64,000 bases of DNA from a virus. The notes beneath the pieces are model-generated. The model was given only the letters and a program-made list of their open reading frames with translations. It was not told where the DNA came from and searched no databases. This document shows positions 38,701-47,737 of this stretch, piece by piece (the stretch's first letter is position 1; each line of letters starts with the position of its first letter). The stretch is taken from positions 1 through 64,000 of IMG/VR virus record IMGVR_UViG_3300048837_000614. The stretch is one strand, 5' to 3'. Position numbers and translations under genes: made by a program.

Positions 38701-41700
38701 TACGCTGAAAATGGAAGTAGACAACCTATAGATCCTAATGGGGAATTATTCGACTTCTTATGGAAAAGAACTAAAACTCCTGAATCGGAATTAAGAGAAT
38801 CTATCTATGGAAATGTAAATGCAACCACAGGTAAGCAAGGGAAGTTTAGAAAAGAAATCATCGAAAGAAGAATGCCTAACTCTGCATACGCTAAAGCAAT
38901 ATCAAATACAAAATTAGCTAAGAATGAAATAGGAATACCAAGAGCGATGGCTGAGTCCATGGGTATTATCGTTAAAATCGAAGATGGATCTTATAGCAAT
39001 ACAACATCAAGTTCACAATATGTTTTATTACATCGTTCTCCAACACAAGGTAGAAGAAGTTTTGTTTATGCCAAAGTTAAAATCCTAGACGATGTTAAAG
39101 GAATGGTAAACAAAGCGATAGAAGTTAATCCTGCGTTTGAAGAAGCATTAAACCTTGACTTTGACGGTGATGGTGTTTCTATTTTCTCGTTGAAAGATGC
39201 GACTCCTGACATTTTAAAAATTGCTGAAACTGCATTTAGCCATAGTTATAAAGAAAAAACAAACTACAGCGATTACACTTTAAGAAATGAATATGGTATT
39301 AAACACAAAGATGTTGATATGAAAACTGAAAAAGATTTTGATATTAATAGAGATAAAAAAGATATATTAAACGAGGAAGCAAAACCAAAAGGTTATAAAC
39401 CCTCATTTGTTTCTGAAGATCAATGGGATAATGTTATGTTAAACCAAAAGACTTTAAAAGATTATTCTGGGTTATTTAAAAACATATTTGATGCCGATTA
39501 CCAGGACTATATTTCTAGTAAAGAAAATATGGATTGGTTTAATAAAACATTCAAAACTGAAGACATATCAAACGTTAAATTTGAATCGTTTTATGCACTT
39601 ACAACACTAGCATATGACTTTTATTCGCAAAAGACATTTGACTTCTCTAAGCATAGTAGACCAGGTGAAAAAGAATCTTTCGATGCAATTTATTCTATTA
39701 TCAAGAAAAAAGGTGGAGAAACTTTTGAGAATCACATTAGAAAATTAGTTAAAGTTCTTATGTTTGATATAACAAATACCCAAAAGAAGAATAGTAAAAT
39801 AGAGTTAATCAACAAGAGAAAAGATATTTCTGATTCAGAAAAAAGCAGACTATCTGATATAGAAGTTCAAAAATATCTTTACAAATTACGAGAATTCTTA
39901 AAAGAGGTAAGTAGAGAAGAACAAAGATTAGGTAAGACTAAACCCGAGATAATTAAAGAAGCTGAAACTAAAGAAATTGAAGGCGAAAAAGTTAAACCTG
40001 AAGAAGAACTACCAAAACAATTTGAAGAAGCTGACAACCAATTACTTAGAGATATCAATAAGATTTTAAAAGATAATGGTTTAGAAGAAACTACTATGGA
40101 CCAATTGGGTGCATTTAAGTCTGATAAGTTACTTTCGATTACAGGTGCATTCGATCAAAACGAAATCAAACATTTTAATCTCAATGATTGGAACTTAGAC
40201 CTTAAAGGTGTAAATCAAGTCTTTAGTTTTATGCTGAAGATGAATCAAGATATCGCCAAAGCAGCAAAAAGAAAGATGAAAACTAATGATAAAGTTTTAG
40301 AACCATTCCACAAAGCGTTTACAACTTATATAAGACAAGTGATACAGTCTTTTTATCAAGATCCTGATGTACTTAAAAACTTGTATCTTATTAAGATTGT
40401 AGAAATAAATGGGGAAGAAGTCCCTGAAAAGATAAGTTTCTTAGAATTGATTAATGTTTTTGGTTTGAAACCAGACGGAAAGTCCAAGAGAAGTATAGCC
40501 ACATTTAAAAACATAAACCCTGCAATCACTAAAATGGATAGCATAGGTGTTAATAAAGATGTATTAAGACTAGATGATAAGCGTCTAAGAAGTTTTTATA
40601 TAAGCAATGAGTCTGCATTCGAATCACCTAAATTAAATCGTTTAACGAATGAATTATTTACGAAGGTTCATAACAACATTAGAAAGACATTAAACAATAT
40701 GGGTTTAGGTGGAACACCTGTATTCAGCCCACTATTACACAACAAGTTGTTATTTAAACAAAATGTTTTTGACTCAATGTATCAAGCTCTTATGAGCAAC
40801 GAAGAAGATAAATCTATACTCGTGGATATCTTAAGAGATATGGGCGATGAAGATTCTATCAATGAATTAAAAGAAATCTTCAAACCATTCTTCATGTTTC
40901 AAACTGTTGCCCAATTCTTATCGGGTGATAAGAGAACAAACTTCATTAAATACCTATATCAAGTTGAGGGTATTTTTGACGACACGATAAAGACGGTTAT
41001 TCCAGAAAAGAAAACAGGTGCACTTGTTAAGAACTTAATCCGTTGGAACTTGATGAAAACAGGTGAACCCTACGAAGATTTTGGAAACGAGATTAAAGTT
41101 CTACTTAATACGAATGATGATAAGGTTGTAGATGAAATCGTTGAGATCTATTATCAAATGAGAAATGGTTTATTGGATAAAGATACATATGGTTCAATGA
41201 GTCAATTCGATAAAATGGATAGAGAGTTTAAATTAGATTTATTAGTCAAGATACACGAAATTAAGAACGGTAAGTTCGTAGAAAAGTTCGGAAGTAAGTA
41301 TGGAATCACTCAAGAAGATTTGAGAGAGAAAACTGAAAACTTCGAAATAGATGATAAGGTCATGGCTAAGTTCTTTAGAATTTATGACTATGCTTTTGAC
41401 ACAATTGAAGGAACTTTCGATATTAAGAATAGACAAAGAATCACAAGTGCTTTAGAAAAAGAAAAGATTAACTTTGGTTTAGTAAGTAATGTGATTAAAA
41501 ATGCTAACTATGAGTTATCAAAACTTGTGGCAAACACAATTACCATTCAAAACTCCAAAGGCGAAGCTGAAGATGTTAATCCATATCCATTTAGAAGTTT
41601 ATTACACCCAAATAACATCGAAGAAAATTCCATAATACTTATGAATGCGAACAAGAATAAGATGGCTAAAAACCTTACTGAACGTTTCTACAGATTAGTT

Positions 41701-44700
41701 ATGAAAGCTTTCAACAAAGAGGGTGCCGATAGTGAAATGACTAAGGAGATCCAAAAGATAAGTAATGATTTGAAAGCCGGTAATGACATCATGTCCTTAT
41801 ATTTATTTGAGGGTAAAGATATTGGAAGTTTTATCAAATTACTCAATGATTTAATTAACAATCAACAAACATTTACGATTCCATTGACGGATAGAATATT
41901 CAAATATTTCTTACACTTCAATGAAATGTCTAAAGTTATGGGTTTCGACAAGAAGATAATGCCTGGTACTATTGACGCTTACTACAGAGATATTAAAGGA
42001 TCAAACGTTGTAGATAGCGAAGGCAATATTAAAATGAATAATATTTACCGTATCATGTTCTTCGATTACGTTTACGGAGAGGGTATGCAAATCAATGCAA
42101 GAAATAACACTCCTGAGTTCCAGGAAGCATTTAACAATTTAGTTTCTTACTTTGATAAGAACCCTAACATGAATACATTTGGTTTACATCCACACGCATT
42201 TGTTGAAACATTCTTTGGTAAGATGTTATTTGAACAAAGAGTTGAAAGCGAAAAGCACACCATTAAAGAAGATCCAAAACCTATCCAAGAAAAACTCATA
42301 GAGTATTACAAGGATAGAATTAAAGAACTTGAAGTGCTTTCCAAAAATAGAGATTCAACAAGCAACGAATATCTTAAAGCAATGGAAGAAGCAACAGAAA
42401 AAGGCGAAACTTTAGATTTAAGTCAAATTACGATTGATCCTGTTAAGCAACAAGAAATATTAGACGCCTACAAAAAATATTTATCTGTAGAACTTCTTGA
42501 AGAAAAGATTGTAGATGATAAAGTTTCTAACGTATTCGATACATTTGAGTGGTCGAAGTACATAGGTCAAGAAGGTGTTGAGTTTAATACCAAAAACCTA
42601 TTTAACATTTATGCTCAACTTATTGGTAAAAAAGAATTTCCACAAGAAGAAATCGTCAAGCTAACTGAAGAGTTATCTCAAGAGATTATTAGAGATAATA
42701 CAAACGCTAATTTCAAGTTTAAAGGTAATAAGAAGATACATACAGCGTTGATAGATGCACAACTTAACTTAAAAGTAATGGATCTTATCGTTAGAGAGTT
42801 CGAAAAGAACGAAGGTAGATATAAAGACTACCAAGAGTTAAAAACTCTTATAAACGATTTTAAAGACCCAAGCAAGAAGAAGAACTTTGCTATCATAGAT
42901 AGTGAAAACTTAGTTTCTGGAAATGACTACAACCGTATTTATGAAATCTCATACATAACGTTTGATGATAATGGTAAGCCTTTATATCATCAACATTATT
43001 TGAAGTATGACATTGATAAAAGAACTGAAAATTGGTTGAAGAAGATGGGTTATAGCGATAAAGAAATTCAAATTATCAAAGACAACATGAAGAATATCGC
43101 TGATCCAGATTACAACAAAAAGATTTATGAACAAGTTTTTGCTGATTTAAAAGGTAAAAACCTTATTGGACAAAGTGTCAAATCACAAGGCGACACTCCG
43201 GGTGATATCGGTAAATTGAATTACGAATATCAACAAATTCTTAAGAATGATGTTCGTAAAACGATTAAGAAACATAATGAAAAAGAACAAGAGTTCTTAG
43301 ATAACATTAAAGAATCAAGCATGAAAGACTTGATGAAGAATGTAGATAGCACTGAACTTAATTCAACAGCTCAAGCTGATATGATGATGAAAGTTTTAAT
43401 TGACATCGTTAAAGAAGATTTGAACGAAAAGATTTTACCTCAAGGCGTTGAAAAAATTGACAACGAACAATTTAATACACACATATCAAAGACTTCAGAA
43501 TTAATGAGAGTGTTTATTGAAGAAAACAATCAAGACATTCTTAAACTTCGTATGGAAGAAATCTTAGAGATCGATGAAATGCCTAAAGAAGTATTTGATG
43601 CAATCTTAAAGAAATTCGAAGATAAATTCAACGAATTAAAAGGTGAAAACAATGATGGCGTACTTGTGATGAAGTGGCCTAGAATTGTTAAAACTGAAGA
43701 TGGTGTAAGAGTAGAGTTTTTAGAAGTTGATGAAAAAGAAATCGTTGGCAAAAATGAAGAGTTCTTAGTTAAGAAAGTAAGATTCGACTCTGACGATGTT
43801 CGTGCAAATTACTTATTTAGAAGTCGTGCCTTTTATGAAATCATCAAAGAAGTCAAGGACATGATTATCATTCGTGGTATACCACATGAACATTTAGGTA
43901 AGACAGTTCAAAGAACAATTACCTTAAATCAATACGAAATGCTTAATCGCAAAATCGTAAGATTACAAGGCAAGCTTGATGATAAAAATCTAAAAGTTAA
44001 AAAGCATTTAGATGATGCAACAAAGTTTATGATGGAAGGTAACGAAGTCGAATACCTTGTATCCATGAATAAAGCAATAAAAGAATATGAAAAAACAAAT
44101 TCTAAGATGGATGCTTTTACAGATATCGATTTAGAAACCGACTCAAACAAGGTCGATTTATTCTTGAAAGAACAAGTCGAAAAGAATACAGGCCAAATGG
44201 CTAACATTCCAATGTGGAGAGTTGAACAACACTTCGCAGATATGATTTCTAAATTCTATAAAGATACTTTGGCATCGAAAAGAACGATTGAAGAAAAAGA
44301 ACAAGATTATAAGTACATCGCTAAAATCGAAGATATTATTACAGCTTTAGAGTATGAAGATATGAACACTTTAGATTTCAAGCGATTTGCTGACATCGTA
44401 GGTTTAAATGAGTATGGCGATTTCGGTAGAGAAATACATACACAACTTATGGAAACTTACGAAGATTACAAGAAAAACGGTATACCATTCTTCTATGCAG
44501 GAAGTGACAAACCTTATTCAACACTTGAATATAAAGAAGATGGCGAAAACCTATTTAAAAAAATGGCTTTCTATGCAATACTCAATCCACGTAGTGATGA
44601 TAAAAAAACTTTAGGAAGTTTCTTGAAGATGATTATCTCTGAAGAAGGCGTTAGAGAATACAAACGCTATGACATCGATGAAACAAAGCAAACCGAAATA

Positions 44701-47619
44701 GATAAAGTAAAATCTAAGTTAGTCAACAAAAAACAAGAAGATGCAAGAAACAAAGAAGCTTTCGCAGACGCTAGAATTGAAGTTAAAAACATGATACTCA
44801 AAGAGGATTGGGCTGGTTTAGAAGCATACTTAAAAGACAAACCTGGTGAGAAGTTTAATATTGAAGAATTCAAACAAAGATTTTATGAAGAGTTCAACAA
44901 AACTAAAACTAAAGGTATTGCCAAATACAAAATGGAATGGCGTATGGAAGGACAAACTCCTACACCGTTTGAGAAGTTTATTGAAAGCGTTCCTTACATT
45001 GAACAACCTGGTGTTCGTGGTGAGTTCTTAAGAACAGTTATTTCTAATTTTGAAAAAGAGATTAGTGGAATCACTTATATTAAGAGTCACTATACAACGT
45101 TAGATCCAACGATGAGAGTTGATAAACCTGTAACATACAAGTATTACAACGACCATTTAGAAGATTACAATGGTAAATGGGTACCAAGTGATTACCGTAG
45201 GGATCATCCACAAAATCAAACGATTAGAAAGAGTTATGATTACTTAAGAGCAAACGTTGATAAGACAAGAGATTTGTCACAGTATCAAGCTGGGTTTGAA
45301 GGAATGATTGCACCTTTTAGAAAAGGAAATAGTTATGACTATGAAAAACTATACTACGAATTAACTGAAGGTTATTTATCAAAGATTTACAAATTAACAA
45401 TTATTACTGATATTTCCAAAGGTTCTACAGGTATGGGTAAACTGACCGAAGAACAAGAGATTGAAGCTTCTACAGAACGTAGAAACAAAGCGTTCCAAAA
45501 AGGTTTACAAAAGAAGATTGATAAACTTGAAAATAAGATTATCGAACTTCAAAAGTTAAACACTCCTGAAGCAAATCAACAGATTTCACAAATTAGATTA
45601 CAAATCGATGATACCAAAAAAGTAGTATATCAAAAGAACAAGTATTACGACGAAGCCGAAATATCTAAATTGAGAAGAAGTGAGCCGATTTGGAAATCAG
45701 ATCAAGAAGTATTTGGAAGTTCAATCATAAGAACTACAGACAAAAAAGGTAATGTAGTTGAAGAGAATATGTTAGATTGGATGGACAGTATTAAAGACAC
45801 AGCACACCCAACCTTAAAGGTAATAGCTTTAGATGGCAACAAAGAAAATGCCATCAAACAACTCAAAGAGTTAGTTAAGATGAATAGAGAAAAAGGTTTA
45901 CACCTTGGTTTCACATTACTTCATGACATCTTAAAGACTGATGAAATGAGTTATTCTGGTTATATGTTGCCTAAACCTGTTGCTATGCTGCAGTCAAGTA
46001 TTATTAAGTTTCAAAAGTTCATGATGTTAATGAACAATGGATTCATGGTTAGAAATATCTATGATGGTATGCTAAGAAATCATCAACTGATTTTAGGTAG
46101 TGATGATATCGTGAGTGAAAACTTTAGATTTGCTAAAGAGGCAGTTAGAAGTTGGAACTTGATTTTCCAATACAAAGCATACGCTAAAGCCCATGGTTTC
46201 CAAGTGAGAGAACTTAAACACTTCTTCGAAAGCGTTAAAGACTTTGAAAGTGGTCCATATGCGTTGCATGATTTACAAAAAGTTAGCACAGACTTTCAAG
46301 CGATGCTAACATTACAAATAGATTCTCTTAAGAATTATTTGGGAAACATCATCAAAGATGAAAACCAAACAGCAACAAGACGTGCTAGTGACAACTTCAC
46401 AGACCTATCAAGAATCATGAGAAGATTACAAGCAATCGTAGATACACTAAAAAATAACCCGGCAACAAAGTCACCAGAATATATTAAAGAGTTTAAATTG
46501 CAACTGAAAGATTTCTTTGAAGTCTATCAACAGGCTGGTTTCTTTAAGCAAGTTATTATGAATGCTAATGATAAGAGAATCAAATTAGATTTTAGTAATA
46601 ATTCAGAAGATAACATCAAAAAAACTAAAGATAATCTTAACATGGTTAGACTTATCAATGAAATCGAAAAGTCTGGTATCATTTCGGATCAATACGAAAT
46701 TACAGGTAAACAAGATGTTAAAGATATCTATAGAAACATCGATAAGATGTTAGATGATGAATTGATGAATGTCGGTTTAAACGATAGAATCGATAAGATT
46801 ATGTCGCATCACCCTATCGCTATTGCAACAAACTATGTTGAACAGCATCAACGTGTCCATGGTGTCCTACTCGATATGTTCGTCAATGGTAAAACTAAAG
46901 ATAGAGCCTTGGCTGAATCTTTAGGTAGATTCTTCAACTACGGTATGAAGGGTGCTTATGAAAAATCAGCAAGTGTTTACTTCCCGTTCATGAGCTTTGC
47001 CATTAGAAACTTAGATTACTATTTGGACCTTATGGGCGACCAAAAGTATATGAGATTTATGACAAACGTAGCACAAGGTATGAATACCTGGTATGATGAT
47101 GAAGATGAAGAAAACTTTAGATTTAGTCGTTCATTTAATGACTTTACTGAAAACCAAGGCTGGATACCTTTAGGTAAGAATTATGGAATTAAAATGGGCA
47201 ACGCCATGTTTGATGCCATGAGTTTGGTTGAGGATCCATTTCAAAGTGGATACCAAAAATTAAATCCTGTTTTACAACAGGCTAATAATCTTACCAAGGG
47301 TGAAGATTTTAATCCGAAAGCATTAGCTTCCGTTACACAATATAGCCGTATGGCTAGTGCGATAGGAACAATCGCTAAAGGACAAGGCATGAATATGCCA
47401 CAGGATTTACCTGATTTAGTTCCATCTCTATTTTATAAACGTAGTGAATACACTCCGTATAAGTATAGAAGATATTCTACTGACTATAGAAATATTTATA
47501 GAAATCTATTCTTTAGTGATGGAAGTCGTAGAGTCCCAAGTAAGAATCCGTTTACTACAGCTAAGAATATTCGTTATGAAGCCTATGTTCGTGCAAGATT
47601 AAATGCGAATATAAAATAG
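32770..47619 (+). CDS. Giant 4949-aa internal virion protein containing a fused beta/beta' (two-barrel) DNA-dependent RNA polymerase; candidate virion RNAP
   Basis: Collinear RNAP motifs: RSALAANARRNA(~38008), NETVIMRE(~38188), GMKIIDRYSSKHGV(38266), DVIMS, GYLYM(38557), GAKISIEEW(38644), GKQGKFR..RMPNS..IGIP(38830), LHRSPT(39028), NPAFEEALNLDFDGDG (NLDFDGD at 39151-39171). N-terminal Gly/Ala-rich hydrophobic helices; C-terminal FFNY..YE..YFPFMSF..RN motif. Confidence 0.88.
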   Translation: MAVARVDNPWVRNLTLAPSRVYATSPYRPYAGVFNNRVNVSTEQYQDNFIRALSPFSINDKNVINAIRKEYNIVDNGNYRMSSNVGFGVGAVAGVVASGVLYGSTITTLANAAIYGGMLSFNPVGWTAAAVGTVLAVAGTIMTSAELGRAIGASVGSREGSIAMSRYLANLGNSMVKRPTSTVLTVATIFATNWALNKTPLKSPIVRQGITMTAMRVVRPIADKLDDSLFGELSEVDQMSYTDLLSLQGDLADNFSGTSLVKGALAGVSGDEGKTKELIAKMYGRHEEGFDPLDFMDVREAWGIDIGTFGNGVIDILGEIVFDTDNSLNTIKNKTTTTISTSIKNQVVKKILSNENGDLFKRYFEKVETKNPDGTIKTEIKAKDTFKNEFQNKIIQRVVEKYLDDYKDPSTAKTAEERNAIFKENNEKLDHHIGDLYIYLYRKGLANIKEDSLKIVEAQKIIGEIKKEIQEGLEAHSGYMEKNVSNKTKYAKAVKTMIESQKEATKIVNQNFKNNVYNFDKAMLKEFQIHKADFDHNYITGLLKLHPAFYLYSEANNKNMRVLGYFTRPFQSAIASKPGRKVIQNVLNKIQRKYDPYKKITKVDEIMQYDNPITKEQQKEALEKLKQFDDVLKAQLNKFEEEKMRQTLGQAEIDKLLKELNDIEEFFATNKLTDAEKIKYEKFEARQKELTKKYAEAKAEAIKKMEVEDKKAYARYKKSLKTINDRYKQLIANAELVDKYMEMTKFEYVNKGVRQKMEVNKDTEQEVLDIIKELEAKKDLSGDERITLENAKFAYFLYMKEDLFKKGYQEITSNYNKVIKFIQNFETWFTENAFKLESLVLNTTIFSEVKQLQKEIRDIDAKPSKTQDELVLAEKERIKSRYEGLIKTVYANLENAEVFDKKTRDEIIKALEGDEMIELPIFYATNFFSGIKLFEQDKSFFLNNRALFDEFNKRILEDETQDLLDRLKDSIIRKSKTKFEFKQKTEFINNKELLIKKIQKILLDLNTKEDPDNPGSKLLSDENYELLKQNIEGVATSLINTNRSMQVDPTTLRKNNMYSKRFSELSQNDILDYAFRLATKNNEFLGTESKMIDNVLKNLDHSIKQLLQVVKESNNGKLNFLEGFINESIRRQMYKINSSKIINAISAKYLRVGQSKNYFLNPEVEGKKIKALSEKALKKISNKKYKFETTDKDVIKQGIAAEFLESFKGTPMYDLLIKMGFEKIINDNVSVIDKEEVKPKKVKKRGKSQEEKDFEERGLTYTRLVDGIVKDIEIKTGKVLDNEARKKISQAVAKAINDQIGLVKSEYEIKRMESAGSKKVFDDVFMNKLAESFFGKLVDVENLSSILRGNKSLPKTKIDMTKPDPESGVKGNPYRNAIINFMLNNEPTVENIMKLKLQPFGTYLNFDGKAVSLESIVQIGEENLVGAWAEKYRSDFSEKNEYGEPINDPLVFEFFRGIDVTKESNEGYERHVDASFNLPNSLRNKKGLQNLKDEDFVEVKDDFESDGTIANDFIRVFKESDYGHNFKKIAIHKGQFVFDDVIRGKTVTNDIIVIRITTTGNKSYDFYVPREIIKTYGDQKIATYKVNNNEYMRVMIEGEDEKSLAYLDNISKAIEKDFINRKMISDEFKQKFEPFSVQKEIFRLFSKQRNIGDTHELITDFVYLDPDKTDYEKLVYSLMRRLDEGKRKNLTKNKAFRDDYKKNGYYFDYTQSDPKVVVKGIKLNSGEFQSITRIFSPLGIFTGRAERSALAANARRNAIELDTNELPFLSSLFIQQNPELSQFEKGGFNARVYLKDTYLDNGSSTHNETVIMREGFARQKFIKNGVPMDLSNGMKIIDRYSSKHGVRIVSEDEWKEMFKGDDKALNSDVIMSKRTVRKRTLWNVEAELAMNGLDGTRKYIDSEMKGKTDEEKLEYLKSETKDGNLEGDHGYLYMFLTDDLSDNNGRGYKVAGDNDSSNGAKISIEEWQMFSALREITYAENGSRQPIDPNGELFDFLWKRTKTPESELRESIYGNVNATTGKQGKFRKEIIERRMPNSAYAKAISNTKLAKNEIGIPRAMAESMGIIVKIEDGSYSNTTSSSQYVLLHRSPTQGRRSFVYAKVKILDDVKGMVNKAIEVNPAFEEALNLDFDGDGVSIFSLKDATPDILKIAETAFSHSYKEKTNYSDYTLRNEYGIKHKDVDMKTEKDFDINRDKKDILNEEAKPKGYKPSFVSEDQWDNVMLNQKTLKDYSGLFKNIFDADYQDYISSKENMDWFNKTFKTEDISNVKFESFYALTTLAYDFYSQKTFDFSKHSRPGEKESFDAIYSIIKKKGGETFENHIRKLVKVLMFDITNTQKKNSKIELINKRKDISDSEKSRLSDIEVQKYLYKLREFLKEVSREEQRLGKTKPEIIKEAETKEIEGEKVKPEEELPKQFEEADNQLLRDINKILKDNGLEETTMDQLGAFKSDKLLSITGAFDQNEIKHFNLNDWNLDLKGVNQVFSFMLKMNQDIAKAAKRKMKTNDKVLEPFHKAFTTYIRQVIQSFYQDPDVLKNLYLIKIVEINGEEVPEKISFLELINVFGLKPDGKSKRSIATFKNINPAITKMDSIGVNKDVLRLDDKRLRSFYISNESAFESPKLNRLTNELFTKVHNNIRKTLNNMGLGGTPVFSPLLHNKLLFKQNVFDSMYQALMSNEEDKSILVDILRDMGDEDSINELKEIFKPFFMFQTVAQFLSGDKRTNFIKYLYQVEGIFDDTIKTVIPEKKTGALVKNLIRWNLMKTGEPYEDFGNEIKVLLNTNDDKVVDEIVEIYYQMRNGLLDKDTYGSMSQFDKMDREFKLDLLVKIHEIKNGKFVEKFGSKYGITQEDLREKTENFEIDDKVMAKFFRIYDYAFDTIEGTFDIKNRQRITSALEKEKINFGLVSNVIKNANYELSKLVANTITIQNSKGEAEDVNPYPFRSLLHPNNIEENSIILMNANKNKMAKNLTERFYRLVMKAFNKEGADSEMTKEIQKISNDLKAGNDIMSLYLFEGKDIGSFIKLLNDLINNQQTFTIPLTDRIFKYFLHFNEMSKVMGFDKKIMPGTIDAYYRDIKGSNVVDSEGNIKMNNIYRIMFFDYVYGEGMQINARNNTPEFQEAFNNLVSYFDKNPNMNTFGLHPHAFVETFFGKMLFEQRVESEKHTIKEDPKPIQEKLIEYYKDRIKELEVLSKNRDSTSNEYLKAMEEATEKGETLDLSQITIDPVKQQEILDAYKKYLSVELLEEKIVDDKVSNVFDTFEWSKYIGQEGVEFNTKNLFNIYAQLIGKKEFPQEEIVKLTEELSQEIIRDNTNANFKFKGNKKIHTALIDAQLNLKVMDLIVREFEKNEGRYKDYQELKTLINDFKDPSKKKNFAIIDSENLVSGNDYNRIYEISYITFDDNGKPLYHQHYLKYDIDKRTENWLKKMGYSDKEIQIIKDNMKNIADPDYNKKIYEQVFADLKGKNLIGQSVKSQGDTPGDIGKLNYEYQQILKNDVRKTIKKHNEKEQEFLDNIKESSMKDLMKNVDSTELNSTAQADMMMKVLIDIVKEDLNEKILPQGVEKIDNEQFNTHISKTSELMRVFIEENNQDILKLRMEEILEIDEMPKEVFDAILKKFEDKFNELKGENNDGVLVMKWPRIVKTEDGVRVEFLEVDEKEIVGKNEEFLVKKVRFDSDDVRANYLFRSRAFYEIIKEVKDMIIIRGIPHEHLGKTVQRTITLNQYEMLNRKIVRLQGKLDDKNLKVKKHLDDATKFMMEGNEVEYLVSMNKAIKEYEKTNSKMDAFTDIDLETDSNKVDLFLKEQVEKNTGQMANIPMWRVEQHFADMISKFYKDTLASKRTIEEKEQDYKYIAKIEDIITALEYEDMNTLDFKRFADIVGLNEYGDFGREIHTQLMETYEDYKKNGIPFFYAGSDKPYSTLEYKEDGENLFKKMAFYAILNPRSDDKKTLGSFLKMIISEEGVREYKRYDIDETKQTEIDKVKSKLVNKKQEDARNKEAFADARIEVKNMILKEDWAGLEAYLKDKPGEKFNIEEFKQRFYEEFNKTKTKGIAKYKMEWRMEGQTPTPFEKFIESVPYIEQPGVRGEFLRTVISNFEKEISGITYIKSHYTTLDPTMRVDKPVTYKYYNDHLEDYNGKWVPSDYRRDHPQNQTIRKSYDYLRANVDKTRDLSQYQAGFEGMIAPFRKGNSYDYEKLYYELTEGYLSKIYKLTIITDISKGSTGMGKLTEEQEIEASTERRNKAFQKGLQKKIDKLENKIIELQKLNTPEANQQISQIRLQIDDTKKVVYQKNKYYDEAEISKLRRSEPIWKSDQEVFGSSIIRTTDKKGNVVEENMLDWMDSIKDTAHPTLKVIALDGNKENAIKQLKELVKMNREKGLHLGFTLLHDILKTDEMSYSGYMLPKPVAMLQSSIIKFQKFMMLMNNGFMVRNIYDGMLRNHQLILGSDDIVSENFRFAKEAVRSWNLIFQYKAYAKAHGFQVRELKHFFESVKDFESGPYALHDLQKVSTDFQAMLTLQIDSLKNYLGNIIKDENQTATRRASDNFTDLSRIMRRLQAIVDTLKNNPATKSPEYIKEFKLQLKDFFEVYQQAGFFKQVIMNANDKRIKLDFSNNSEDNIKKTKDNLNMVRLINEIEKSGIISDQYEITGKQDVKDIYRNIDKMLDDELMNVGLNDRIDKIMSHHPIAIATNYVEQHQRVHGVLLDMFVNGKTKDRALAESLGRFFNYGMKGAYEKSASVYFPFMSFAIRNLDYYLDLMGDQKYMRFMTNVAQGMNTWYDDEDEENFRFSRSFNDFTENQGWIPLGKNYGIKMGNAMFDAMSLVEDPFQSGYQKLNPVLQQANNLTKGEDFNPKALASVTQYSRMASAIGTIAKGQGMNMPQDLPDLVPSLFYKRSEYTPYKYRRYSTDYRNIYRNLFFSDGSRRVPSKNPFTTAKNIRYEAYVRARLNANIK

Positions 47620-47700
47620 CCGTTTTAAAGAGTTTTAAGTCTAACGTGAACACCTATAAGGGTTATACAATAAAAATTGAATACAGGCTAAAATTAGCCT

Positions 47701-47737
47701 AAAAAAAAGGGTAATGCCGTTAAGCACTACCCTTTAT
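47701..47737. terminator. Bidirectional terminator at the convergence of the two arms
   Basis: A-run-GGGTAATGC-CGTTAA-GCACTACCC-T-run between convergent genes. Confidence 0.75.

Noticed and set aside
662-46289. Many 60-120-aa minus-strand and alternative-frame ORFs overlapping the + arm genes
   Set aside because: Ser/Phe/Leu/Ile-rich shadows of the coding strand's codon bias; no RBS, fully nested in real genes.
32770-47619. Tape measure protein or T7/N4-type single-subunit RNAP
   Set aside because: No tape-measure repeats or tail tube genes. The motifs are of the two-barrel DxDGD class, not the right-hand DxxGR/DD class.
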